From: Nitrosococcus oceani ATCC 19707 | GTDB taxonomy: Bacteria; Pseudomonadota; Gammaproteobacteria; Nitrosococcales; Nitrosococcaceae | Direction of reading: 5' to 3' | Assembly (NCBI RefSeq): GCF_000012805.1 | Contig: NC_007484.1 | Span: forward strand, 1,560,001-1,592,000 | Length of the DNA stretch: 32,000 bases | Part shown: positions 9,432-18,131 of the stretch, in pieces | Layout: each line of letters opens with the position of its first letter | Position numbering within the stretch: position 1 is the first letter of the stretch | Position numbers and translations under genes: made by a program | The notes under the pieces: model-generated | The model's database searches: none | What the model saw: the letters and a program-made list of their open reading frames with translations, nothing else | What the model was told of the DNA's origin: nothing

Positions 9432-9887
9432 ATGAAAATCAAACAACGTTCCGCGGGTGTTGTCGTGATTAGAAAAACAGTTAATTACTGCCAGTACTTA
9501 TTATTACGAGCCTACCATTACTGGGATTTTCCCAAGGGATTGGTACAGCCAGGCGAAGATCCGGTAATGGCCGCTTGCCGGGAAGTGGAAGAGGAGACGG
9601 GCCTTACCCAACTCCAGTTTCGTTGGGGGTACCAATGCCGTGAAACTCCGCCCTACGGCCGTGGTAAAGTAGCCATTTATTATCTCGCCCTGGCATCCAG
9701 AAGCGAAGTGCATCTCCCTGTTAGCCTCGAACTTGGCCGGCCTGAACACCATGAGTTTCGTTGGGTGACCTACCGGGAAGGACATCAACTTCTAGGTGGC
9801 CGGTTGCGGGAGGTGCTTAATTGGGCTCAACGGATCAGCGATTGTAAGGCAGGGTGCGGGAGTACCCCTTTTAATCCGTCTTATTGA
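9432..9887 (+). CDS. Nudix hydrolase (Ap4A-hydrolase/RppH-like architecture)
   Basis: The Nudix box is perfect: [23 protein letters not shown] (Gx5Ex7REVxEExGL). The N-terminal SAGVVVIR...[14 protein letters not shown] resembles small Ap4A-type Nudix enzymes. Confidence 0.85.
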   Translation: MKIKQRSAGVVVIRKTVNYCQYLLLRAYHYWDFPKGLVQPGEDPVMAACREVEEETGLTQLQFRWGYQCRETPPYGRGKVAIYYLALASRSEVHLPVSLELGRPEHHEFRWVTYREGHQLLGGRLREVLNWAQRISDCKAGCGSTPFNPSY

Positions 9888-10860
9888 CTATACAGCCACT
9901 GAATTCAGGGAACGGGAATTGGTCAATGTCAGTGAGTGCCAACCCTATCTCCAGGCTCCCGGCAATACTTGGATTCATGTTCAAGGCCATGCCGAAGTTG
10001 CCATTCTGCGCCAGCTTAGGGAACTGTTTAATCTTCATCCTTTGGCGATGGAGGATGTCCTCAATACAGGGCAACGTCCCAAGGTGGAAAGCTACGATGA
10101 GCAGCTGTTTGTCATTTTAAGTCTGGCTGTCATTAATGACTCAACCATAAAGACAAGGCAAATCAGCTTGTTTTTAGGCGAACACTATATCGTAAGTTTC
10201 TGCAACGGTTATAGCGATCCCTTTGAGCCGGTTAGAAAAAGGCTGCGAAAAAACGGTAAACGTTTCCAATCCCGCTCCATAGATTATCTATTTTACATTT
10301 TGATTGATTTGGTTGTTGATGAAGGGTTTCCGGTATTAGAGCGCTTTGGTGAGCAGCTTGAAGATCTTGAGATGGAGCTTTTGCGCTGCCCAACGCAGGA
10401 TACCTTGGCCTGGATTCACCAGATTAAACGGGAACTCTTATTGCTGCGCCGGATATTTTGGCCCCAGCGGGAAGTCATCCATGGACTACTGCGAGAGGAT
10501 TACAATCTTATTGCCGAAGGGACCAAAATCTATTTGCGGGACTGCTATGATCACAGTACTCAGATCATGGAGTTACTAGAAACCTATCGGGAGATGAGCA
10601 GTAGCATGTTGGATGTTTATCTTTCCAGTGTCAGTCATCATACCAATGAAATTATGCGGATATTGACCATTATCGCCACTATTTTCATCCCTCTGACCTT
10701 TATCGCGGGTGTTTACGGCATGAATTTCGGTAATGATTCTAATAGCCCCTGGGCAATGCCAGAGCTTCACTGGTATTACGGTTATCCCTTGATATGGTTG
10801 GTGATGATTGCAGTGGCCGTTTTACTGCTCATCTTCTTCAAACACCGGGGGTGGTTTTGA
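9796..10860 (+). CDS. corA: Magnesium/cobalt transporter CorA
   Basis: Contains the GVYGMNF motif, two C-terminal TM helices, and HPLAMEDVLNTGQRPKVE in the N-terminal domain. The only canonical in-frame start is GTG at 9796, which overlaps the Nudix gene by 92 nt, so the start is uncertain. Confidence 0.88.
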   Translation: MAGCGRCLIGLNGSAIVRQGAGVPLLIRLIDYTATEFRERELVNVSECQPYLQAPGNTWIHVQGHAEVAILRQLRELFNLHPLAMEDVLNTGQRPKVESYDEQLFVILSLAVINDSTIKTRQISLFLGEHYIVSFCNGYSDPFEPVRKRLRKNGKRFQSRSIDYLFYILIDLVVDEGFPVLERFGEQLEDLEMELLRCPTQDTLAWIHQIKRELLLLRRIFWPQREVIHGLLREDYNLIAEGTKIYLRDCYDHSTQIMELLETYREMSSSMLDVYLSSVSHHTNEIMRILTIIATIFIPLTFIAGVYGMNFGNDSNSPWAMPELHWYYGYPLIWLVMIAVAVLLLIFFKHRGWF

Positions 10861-10887
10861 TTCGCCGGATAGATTTTAATTTTTGAT

Positions 10888-11523
10888 ATGCTGCATTGGG
10901 AGTATGGGATAACGCTGCTGGCCTTTACGCTGTTAGGTGGCTATCATTTTTATTTGTTCTGGCGAATACGCAGGCGGCCGTTATCCACGGCGGTGGGCCT
11001 GTCCCGGCGCATCCGTAAGCTATGGGTCAAGAGGATCATACAAGAAGGACGGGATATTCTAGCCGTCCAAACCTTACGTAACTGGACCATGGCAGCGACG
11101 CTTCTTGCCTCCACTGCAATTTTGCTGGGCCTTGGTCTGCTGAATGTGGCTTTTACCACGGAGCAACAACCCCAGCTGTCCAAGCTGCTGAATTACTTGG
11201 GCTACGATAGCGAGTTAGCGTGGCTATTGAAGCTGGTGATATTGAGCGGGGATTTCTTTTTTGCTTTTTTTAATTTTACCCTGGCGATTCGCTACTACAA
11301 TCATACGGGCTTTATGATTAATGTCCCTGCGTGCCAGGAAGCCGGCGTGAGCGCTAAAACAGTCACGGAAATACTGCAGCGGGGCGCTAACCACTATACG
11401 TTAGGGATGCGGGGCTATTATTTGGCTATCCCTTTGTCTCTATGGCTATTCGGTTCTGTATGGCTGCTGGGTGGAACATTACTATTGCTAGTAGTGCTCT
11501 ATCGGCTAGATCGGTTTGTGTGA
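10888..11523 (+). CDS. DUF599 family membrane protein
   Basis: 211 aa with 4 TM. YHFYLFWRIRRRP...IRKLWVKRIIQEGRDILAVQTLRNWTMAATLLASTAI fits my recollection of DUF599. Its 3' end overlaps the convergent czcA by 25 nt. Confidence 0.65.
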   Translation: MLHWEYGITLLAFTLLGGYHFYLFWRIRRRPLSTAVGLSRRIRKLWVKRIIQEGRDILAVQTLRNWTMAATLLASTAILLGLGLLNVAFTTEQQPQLSKLLNYLGYDSELAWLLKLVILSGDFFFAFFNFTLAIRYYNHTGFMINVPACQEAGVSAKTVTEILQRGANHYTLGMRGYYLAIPLSLWLFGSVWLLGGTLLLLVVLYRLDRFV

Positions 11524-14500
11524 ACCCATTCATAGAGGGCAGGCAGAACCAGCAGGGTGAGAAGCGTAGAAGAAAGGATGCCCCCAATGACCACGGTAGC
11601 CAGGGGGCGTTGCACTTCTGCTCCAGTGCTAGTGGCCAGGGCCATGGGGATAAAGCCCAGGGCGGCCACCAAGGCTGTCATTAGCACCGGGCGCAGGCGG
11701 GTCAGGGCCCCTTGCCGAACGGCCTCCTCCAGGGGTAAACCCTCCTCGCGCAGTTTTTTAATAAAGGCGATCATGACCAAGCCATTGAGCACCGCCACGC
11801 CGGAAAGGGCGATAAAGCCTACGCCTGCAGAGATGGAAAGGGGAATATCCCGCAGCCAAAGAAATACTATCCCGCCGGTCAAGGCGAAGGGGACGCCGGT
11901 AAAGACTAGCAGGCCATCCTTAAGGGTGCCAAAGGTCCTATAGAGGAGGATAAAAATAAGGAGGAGGGTGATGGGGACGACAATCTCGAGGCGCTTAGCG
12001 GCGGCGATCATTTGTTCAAACTGGCCGCCCCAGGTGCTCCAGTAGCCTGGGGGGATCTTAACTTGCGCCTGGATTTTGCTCCGAGCTTCCGCCACAAAGG
12101 AGCCTAGGTCGCGGCCGCGAACATTAGTGGTGACAGCCAGCCGGCGTTTGCCATTCTCCCGGCTAATTTGATTGGGTCCGGGAGTGATTTCCAAAGTCGC
12201 CACGGTACTGAGGGGAATATAGCTGGGGCGAAGAGGTACCCCTGCCGCGCCCTGCAAGGGGAATTGCTGTGATGCCGATCCCCTGGAGGGAAGGGGGAGC
12301 GGGAGACGCTTTAAGGTCTTAAGATTACTACGCAAGTCCTCGGGAAGGCGAACCACCAGGGGAAAATGGCGATCCCCTTCATAGATCATCCCCGTACTAT
12401 CCCCCCCGGCAGCGGTTTTTCCTCCCAGCGCGACGGTAATGACTGCTTGGACGTCAGCCACATTGAACCCATAGCGGGCCATCTTTTCCCGTTTCATCCG
12501 CACGGTAACCACGGGCAAACCCGTTATCGGTTCCACCCGGACATCCGCCGCTCCAGGGACGGTTTTCAGCACTGCTGCAATGCGCTCACCCGTGTTAAGC
12601 AAGGTAGCCATATCATCGCCGAAAACTTTGACTGCAATATCCGCCCGCACGCCGGAAATAAGCTCATTGAAACGCAGCTCGATGGGCTGAGTAAACTCGT
12701 ATTTGTTACCGGGAAGTTGAGTGATGCTGGCTTCCATCGCCTGGAGTAAGTCGGTTTTTGGGCGCTCCGGGTTCGGCCATTCCGCCCTCGGTTTGAGCAT
12801 GATCAGGGTATCGGCGACATTGGGAGGCATGGGATCATTGGCAATTTCCGCGGTTCCAATCCGGGCAACGACGGTTTTTACCTCGGGAAATGCCATGATC
12901 TTTTCCTCCAGCGCGCGTTGCATCTCCACCGACTGGGAGAGGCTGGTTCCGGTAGCCCGAATGGCTTGTACCGCCATGTCCCCTTCATCTAGGGTAGGCA
13001 CAAATTCAGCGCCCATGCGGGTTGTCAGTAGCCCACTGAGCACCACTATTATCGCCGCGAGGGTGATGACTACTATTTTGTTGTTGAGGGTAAAATGCAG
13101 TGCTGGCCGATAAGCTTTTTTAGCTAGCGCCAGGGCGGGATTTTCTTTTTCGGCGATAGGCCCATTGACGAAAATGGCTACCGCCGCAGGGACAAAGGTG
13201 ACCGAGAGGATCATGGCCCCGAACAGGGCGGCCACAACCGTGAAGGCCATAGGATGGAACATCTTCCCCTCCACCCCGGTTAGGGTAAAGAGGGGGAGAT
13301 ATACGGCCATGATAATGGTTTGTCCATAGAGAATCGCCCGGCGGGCTTCCTCGGAGGAATGGAATACCACCTCCAACCGTTCTGATAGCGATAGGGTATG
13401 TCCTCGGCGCTGTTGTGCCTCCGCCAAATGCCGGATGCTATTCTCGACGATGACCACGGCCCCGTCCACAATAATGCCAAAATCCAGCGCCCCCAGGCTC
13501 ATGAGATTGGCGCTGACCTTTTCGGTGACCATGCCGGTGATGGTGAACAGCATGGACAGGGGGATCACCATGGCGGTGATTAGAGCAGCGCGGAAATTTC
13601 CCAAAAAGAGGAAGAGCACGGCAATCACTAGCGCTGCCCCCTCCAGCAAGTTATTTCTCACCGTGGCAATGGTTTTATCTACCAGAATGGTGCGATCATA
13701 AGCGCTTTTTGCCTCCACGCCCTCGGGCAGGGTGCGGTTAATTTCCGCCAACCGCTCCGCGACCGCACGGGCCACCGTCCGGCTATTTTCCCCCATGAGC
13801 AGGAAGGCGGTCCCTAGCACGGTTTCTTCCCCTTCCCGGGTGGCTGCGCCGGTACGCAATTCTTTTCCGAGCAGCACATCGGCCACATCCTTGACGTATA
13901 CCGGAACGCCCTGATGGGCGCCCACGATGATATGGCTTATTTCCTCTAAGTTTTGTACTTGCCCTGGAGCCCGAATCAGATACTGCTCGCCATGGTGCTC
14001 AATATAGCCTGCGCCTACATTGGCATTATTGCGGGCCAGGGCGGTGAGTAAATCCCGGAAGGAGAGACCATAGGCGATAAGTTTTTTCGGGTAGGGGGTG
14101 ACGTGATACTGCTTAATATACCCTCCCAGGCTGTTGATCTCGGTTACCCCTGGGACGGTGATCAATTGGGGTTTGATCACCCAATCCTGGATAGTTCTCA
14201 AGCTGGTGAAAGTATAAGGGGCGCCATCTGGCTTGCGGGCGCCAGGTTCCGCTTCCACCGTCCAGAGAAAAATTTCGCCCAGTCCCGTGGCGATAGGACC
14301 CATCTTAGGCTCGATGCCTGGCGGAAGGTTGCCCTTAGCTTCCTGGATGCGTTGATTCACCAACTGACGGGCAAAATAGATATCGGTGCCGTCCTCAAAA
14401 ATAACGGTCACCTGGGAAAGCCCATAACGGGAGAGGGAACGGGTCTCCTCTAGCTGGGGAAGCCCTTGCAGGGTAATCTCAAGGGGAAAAGTAATGCGCT

Positions 14501-14687
14501 GCTCCGTCTCAAGGGGCGAATAGCCTGGCGCTTCGGTGTTGATCTGAACTTGCACATTGGTGATATCGGGGACAGCGTCGATGGGTAGGCGCTGGTAATT
14601 ATAAATCCCCAGCACGGCTACCCCGAAGGTGGCTAATAACACTAGCCAACGCTGCTGAACAGAAAATTTTAGAATACGGGTAAACAC
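11499..14687 (-). CDS. czcA: Heavy-metal efflux RND pump, CzcA/CusA family
   Basis: More than 1060 aa with 12 TM and two large periplasmic loops. The N-terminus ...FTRILKFSVQQRWLVLLATFGVAVLGIYNYQRLPIDAVPDITNVQVQI is typical of the HME-RND family. I prefer GTG at 14687 (28 nt after the czcB stop) to the ORF-track ATG at 14777, whose extra 30 aa are Pro/Ser-rich and overlap czcB. Confidence 0.9.
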   Translation of the reverse strand: MFTRILKFSVQQRWLVLLATFGVAVLGIYNYQRLPIDAVPDITNVQVQINTEAPGYSPLETEQRITFPLEITLQGLPQLEETRSLSRYGLSQVTVIFEDGTDIYFARQLVNQRIQEAKGNLPPGIEPKMGPIATGLGEIFLWTVEAEPGARKPDGAPYTFTSLRTIQDWVIKPQLITVPGVTEINSLGGYIKQYHVTPYPKKLIAYGLSFRDLLTALARNNANVGAGYIEHHGEQYLIRAPGQVQNLEEISHIIVGAHQGVPVYVKDVADVLLGKELRTGAATREGEETVLGTAFLLMGENSRTVARAVAERLAEINRTLPEGVEAKSAYDRTILVDKTIATVRNNLLEGAALVIAVLFLFLGNFRAALITAMVIPLSMLFTITGMVTEKVSANLMSLGALDFGIIVDGAVVIVENSIRHLAEAQQRRGHTLSLSERLEVVFHSSEEARRAILYGQTIIMAVYLPLFTLTGVEGKMFHPMAFTVVAALFGAMILSVTFVPAAVAIFVNGPIAEKENPALALAKKAYRPALHFTLNNKIVVITLAAIIVVLSGLLTTRMGAEFVPTLDEGDMAVQAIRATGTSLSQSVEMQRALEEKIMAFPEVKTVVARIGTAEIANDPMPPNVADTLIMLKPRAEWPNPERPKTDLLQAMEASITQLPGNKYEFTQPIELRFNELISGVRADIAVKVFGDDMATLLNTGERIAAVLKTVPGAADVRVEPITGLPVVTVRMKREKMARYGFNVADVQAVITVALGGKTAAGGDSTGMIYEGDRHFPLVVRLPEDLRSNLKTLKRLPLPLPSRGSASQQFPLQGAAGVPLRPSYIPLSTVATLEITPGPNQISRENGKRRLAVTTNVRGRDLGSFVAEARSKIQAQVKIPPGYWSTWGGQFEQMIAAAKRLEIVVPITLLLIFILLYRTFGTLKDGLLVFTGVPFALTGGIVFLWLRDIPLSISAGVGFIALSGVAVLNGLVMIAFIKKLREEGLPLEEAVRQGALTRLRPVLMTALVAALGFIPMALATSTGAEVQRPLATVVIGGILSSTLLTLLVLPALYEWVHTNRSSR

Positions 14688-14715
14688 GATTTTTCTAGTG
14701 ATGAAGGAATTGAGG

Positions 14716-15918
14716 TTACGGGGGGGCCATGGCTTCGCCGAGCTCGGATTTGAGCACAAAGCTGTTGTCGGCGGCATAGCGTTCCCCGGCAGAGAGACCG
14801 GTCACCACTTCTATCCACTGTCCACTGCGGCGTCCCAGGGTGATGGGCCGGGCCTTAAAGCCATTTCGGTGTTGGACGAACACCACCGGCTGGCTTCGGT
14901 AGGTTTGGATGGCTTCGGCAGCGACCGCTACCGGAACAGAGATTTTCTTTTCCGCTACCTCCACCGTCACGAAAAGACCAGGACGCCAGCGTTCCTCAGA
15001 ATTGGGAATATCCACATGAGCCTGGGTGGAACGAGTTTGGGCGTCAATTAGGTACCCCAAATAAAAAATAGTGCCGGTCGCTTCCAAGCCTAGTTCTTCG
15101 GATTTTACCGTGACTTTCTGGCCCAAATGAATTTGCTTGAGATCCTCTGTGTAGACAGTAATAGTTCCCCAAACCGTGGATAAGTCGGCAATCATAAAAA
15201 GTTCGGCGTCCGCCTTGACGGCCTCGCCACGGACCACATGTTTGCGCACCACTCGGCCATTAAAAGGAGCCCGGATAGGATAACGGCTCAGGTTTGACTG
15301 GCCTTCTTTGGGAATAGTGTCCAAGGATTCCTGGGTAAGTCCTAAAGCAAGGAGGCGTTGCGCGGCGGCGGTGACGGTGATATCAGCTTCAGCCAAGGCT
15401 GTTTTTGCTGCTAAGTAGTCTTGCTCGGCGGAGACCCTCTCCCGCCATAAGCGCGCTTCCCGAGCAAAAGTGATCTGGGCCAGTTCCCGCTGCTTAATAG
15501 CGGTATAGTACTGACTTTTTAAATCCGCCAATTCCCGGCTTTCTAAAACGGCTATGAGCTCTCCCTTCTCGACAGGCGCGCCTAGGTGCTTGTAAGCTGC
15601 GGTGATAACGCCTTCTACCCGAGGGACCACATGGGCTACACGGTTTTCATTGAATTGTATCTCGCCAGGGAGTTCCAAGGTTGTTTTGATTTGTGCGGGT
15701 CCCGCCGCTCTGACCTTAATGCCCGCCTTTTGTTGGGCCTTGGGAGTGAGGACAATATATTTTTCTCCAGGAGAATTTGTCTTAGTTTGGGCTTGTTGGT
15801 TAGCGGAAGGGGTGCTTTTCTCATTCACGCTGGGGGTTTTCATTTGCAAAATGAACCAGCCCAGCAGGAGCCCCATCCCAATGATGCTCAGGACGGTGAG
15901 CAGGGTTTTGTTTTTCAT
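14716..15918 (-). CDS. czcB: Efflux RND periplasmic adaptor (membrane fusion protein), CzcB/CusB family
   Basis: Has an N-terminal TM/signal sequence, a coiled-coil hairpin (ELADLKSQYYTAIKQRELAQITFAREARLWRERVSAEQDYLAAKTALAEADI) and beta-barrel domains. It starts 3 nt after the czcC stop. Confidence 0.9.
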   Translation of the reverse strand: MKNKTLLTVLSIIGMGLLLGWFILQMKTPSVNEKSTPSANQQAQTKTNSPGEKYIVLTPKAQQKAGIKVRAAGPAQIKTTLELPGEIQFNENRVAHVVPRVEGVITAAYKHLGAPVEKGELIAVLESRELADLKSQYYTAIKQRELAQITFAREARLWRERVSAEQDYLAAKTALAEADITVTAAAQRLLALGLTQESLDTIPKEGQSNLSRYPIRAPFNGRVVRKHVVRGEAVKADAELFMIADLSTVWGTITVYTEDLKQIHLGQKVTVKSEELGLEATGTIFYLGYLIDAQTRSTQAHVDIPNSEERWRPGLFVTVEVAEKKISVPVAVAAEAIQTYRSQPVVFVQHRNGFKARPITLGRRSGQWIEVVTGLSAGERYAADNSFVLKSELGEAMAPP

Positions 15919-15921
15919 CCT

Positions 15922-17316
15922 TCATTCCCCCTTAGCGCGGGCTGTTTCAAGTGGTTCCCCAATGAGCCGTTCGACCTCGGTGGCGGCCTGGTGGTAATCC
16001 GTGAGGGCGCGTAGATATTGGGACTTGGAGTCAAAAAGAGTGCGTTGTGCGTCCAAAACGCTCAGAAAAGCGAATTTTCCCAGACGAAAACCTTTGTTCA
16101 CCGCATCAAAGGCGCTTTGCGCCCCTGGCAGAATTTGGGTTTTGAGAATCGTGGCTTCGGCATGGGCAGCAGCCAAGCGCTGATAGGCAGTACTCAAGGC
16201 CGTGGCTACCCGCACCTGGGCGGCCCGGCGCGCTTCCTCCGCTTTGGTGAGTTGATGCTCCGCTGTCAGGATATTGCCCTGGTTCCGATCAAACAGCATC
16301 AAAGGGATGGAAATGCCGGCCATAACGGCATAATCTCCGTTATTAGCATATTCGGTTCCGCCGAAGTTCACCGTAATATCGGGGATGGCTTTGCTTTTTT
16401 CTAACTTGATGAAAGCTTGGCGCTGGGCGATTTCGGTGGTCCAGCGGGCAAGATCAGGATTTTGGCTGATCAGTTGGGTCAATTGTTCCAAGGAGGGGAG
16501 AGAGGCAACATCGCCCATCTGGCCGGCCGCTTGCTGAAAGCGGGGTGTGGTACTTCCCCAGGTGGCCGCGAGTTGTTTCCTGGCGGTCGTAAGATTCCGC
16601 TCGGCGCGGGTAAGCTGAATGTGAACCGAAGACAGCGCTACCTGAGCCTTGGTTTCTTCCACGGGCGAGATTTTACCGGCCTGGACCCGCTTGGAAACCG
16701 TGGTTGCAACCTGCTGGGCGAGGCTTACAAGCTGTTGTACTAGGGCCAGCCTTCTCTGTGCGCTTAATACGGCAATGAAGGATTGAGCCACTTGGGTCAG
16801 CACATTAACCCGCTTGGTTTCATAATCCCAGCCAGCCAAGTCTTGGGTCAGCTGAGCAGCCTTGATTCGTTTCGCAATTTTTCCCCCCAGAAGAATAAGC
16901 TGACTAAGCTGGACCGTGGTCGAGGCGCCATCGGGGCCTTTGAGTGCGGCATTGCCCAGGTTTGAACCTTGCACACTTAGCCGGGGGTTAGGTAACAAGC
17001 CTGCTTGGAGCACCCTTGCTTCTTGCACCCGGATTTCCTGGGAGAAAGCAGCTAGAGTTGGGTTTTTGAGCAAGGCCAAAGCCGCCGCTTGTCGCAGTGT
17101 AAGATTTCCTTTCGGTTCGTCCTTTTTGGCCGGCGTGGAAAGGGAGGCTTCTTGAAACTTGCGAATCAATGGGGTTTGTGGTGGGGAGTGGGTTATCGGC
17201 GCCGGCTTTGATGAGAGAGAATTTGAACTCTCGGCCGGAGGGGAATAACCACGGCACCCCACTACTGATGTGAGCAGGCTTGCTAACAGCAGAATTGAAA
17301 AGTATTTGTAAAGCAT
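15922..17316 (-). CDS. czcC: Outer-membrane efflux protein (TolC/CzcC family), probable lipoprotein
   Basis: Two OEP repeats are present (LTLRQAAALALLKNPTLAAF...; LEQLTQLISQNPDLARW...). Lipobox LLTSVVGC follows the start MLYKYF at ATG 17316, which has AAGGA 12 nt upstream. The ORF-track start is 17349. Confidence 0.85.
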   Translation of the reverse strand: MLYKYFSILLLASLLTSVVGCRGYSPPAESSNSLSSKPAPITHSPPQTPLIRKFQEASLSTPAKKDEPKGNLTLRQAAALALLKNPTLAAFSQEIRVQEARVLQAGLLPNPRLSVQGSNLGNAALKGPDGASTTVQLSQLILLGGKIAKRIKAAQLTQDLAGWDYETKRVNVLTQVAQSFIAVLSAQRRLALVQQLVSLAQQVATTVSKRVQAGKISPVEETKAQVALSSVHIQLTRAERNLTTARKQLAATWGSTTPRFQQAAGQMGDVASLPSLEQLTQLISQNPDLARWTTEIAQRQAFIKLEKSKAIPDITVNFGGTEYANNGDYAVMAGISIPLMLFDRNQGNILTAEHQLTKAEEARRAAQVRVATALSTAYQRLAAAHAEATILKTQILPGAQSAFDAVNKGFRLGKFAFLSVLDAQRTLFDSKSQYLRALTDYHQAATEVERLIGEPLETARAKGE

Positions 17317-17440
17317 ATCCGGTTTTCCATCCTTTCCCATGAAGGACACGGCAGGTCGCCAAAATAATAATTATTAGGGGAAGGGAAATTGAAAGTTTCC
17401 CTGCAAGAGGGTTGAGGACTGGATGCAACCCTCTTGGGAC

Positions 17441-17944
17441 TTAGTTCAGCAGGACAGTGGTGCGGATATGTAGGGGTATTAAGAGGATATTATCCGGTGG
17501 CGGCTGACTTAAATAGAGCGGATGCATGAGTTCCGCCAAAGCGGGAAAGGGGGGAGCAGTTGCCAGAAAAGGGAAGGTAGGGGATAGTTTAGTTTTATTA
17601 TTTTCTGATTTTTTAGAGGCTGTGATGGTTGTCTGCTGATCTAATGGCAGGTGAATTATATGGTCGGAATAGTCATGGGCTGCCCGGTTGGATAAAGCCA
17701 ATAGCGTCTTATCAAGGAAGTCATGCTGGTAGGCTGCCAAAGGGGTCTTGGCAGTGGGTTCATGTTCGTCTATATAACCTGGATGATGGAGCGCGATCTG
17801 GATCTTATCGCCGTGGTAGGTCAAAAATATTTTATGGGCATGACCCACGCTTGCCAGCAGCAGGGGCATGGCCTGGGCGCTTCCTACCCAGGCCAGAAGA
17901 TAGATCAATAGGCAAAACCAACCCATAAACCGCCGTTTATTCAT
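17441..17944 (-). CDS. Hypothetical exported His-rich protein immediately upstream of czcCBA
   Basis: Signal peptide MNKRRFMGWFCLLIYLLAWVGSAQA. The mature part has many His in clusters (GHAHK, YHGD, LHHPGYIDEHE, YQHD, AHDYSDHIIH). It is on the same strand as czcC and about 125 nt upstream of it. Confidence 0.6.
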   Translation of the reverse strand: MNKRRFMGWFCLLIYLLAWVGSAQAMPLLLASVGHAHKIFLTYHGDKIQIALHHPGYIDEHEPTAKTPLAAYQHDFLDKTLLALSNRAAHDYSDHIIHLPLDQQTTITASKKSENNKTKLSPTFPFLATAPPFPALAELMHPLYLSQPPPDNILLIPLHIRTTVLLN

Positions 17945-18069
17945 GCCTTGCTAGTGTAGCTTAAGATAATGGTCATGGCAAGGCAGCCCATTTTACCCCG
18001 CCAATAAGGCGTGATTCGGTCTATCCTATTATTGATTTAACGGGCGGTGCAGCCATATTGCCAAGCACA

Positions 18070-18123
18070 GGAACCCCTCGGAGCAGCTTAGCACCTGGTA
18101 CCGAGGAGTCCCGATGTTTTTTT
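18070..18123. terminator. Imperfect 12-bp hairpin flanked by T7 (plus strand) / A7 (minus strand). Possible terminator of the 18132-18641 gene, or a plus-strand terminator.
   Basis: GGAACCCCTCGG (18070-18081) pairs with CCGAGGAGTCCC (18101-18112) at 10/12 positions, then GATG plus TTTTTTT (18117-18123). Confidence 0.35.
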
Positions 18124-18131
18124 AGGCGGGA

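Noticed and set aside
9347-9442. Longer version of the PIN-partner ORF starting at 9442 ([14 protein letters not shown]...), which would overlap the Nudix start.
   Set aside because: The extra 32 residues are not PIN-like. The family N-terminus ([11 protein letters not shown]) begins at the ATG at 9346, which leaves a sensible 85-nt divergent promoter region.
11557-14453. Multiple 60-130 aa plus-strand ORFs inside czcA (11557-11943, 12366-12749, 12721-13113, 13398-13701, 13732-13914, 14103-14453). Similar antisense ORFs occur inside nnrS, czcB, czcC, E1 and E2.
   Set aside because: These are shadow ORFs opposite long, well-supported genes. Their composition is rich in Arg, Ser, Pro and Ala, and no independent signals support them.
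14688-14777. ORF-track ATG start of czcA at 14777.
   Set aside because: The extra 30 aa (MPPTTALCSNPSSAKPWPPRNLNSFITRKI) are unlike RND N-termini and overlap czcB by 62 nt. GTG at 14687 gives the canonical MxxxILxFSxxxRWLVL start. This remains uncertain without proteomic or ortholog data.
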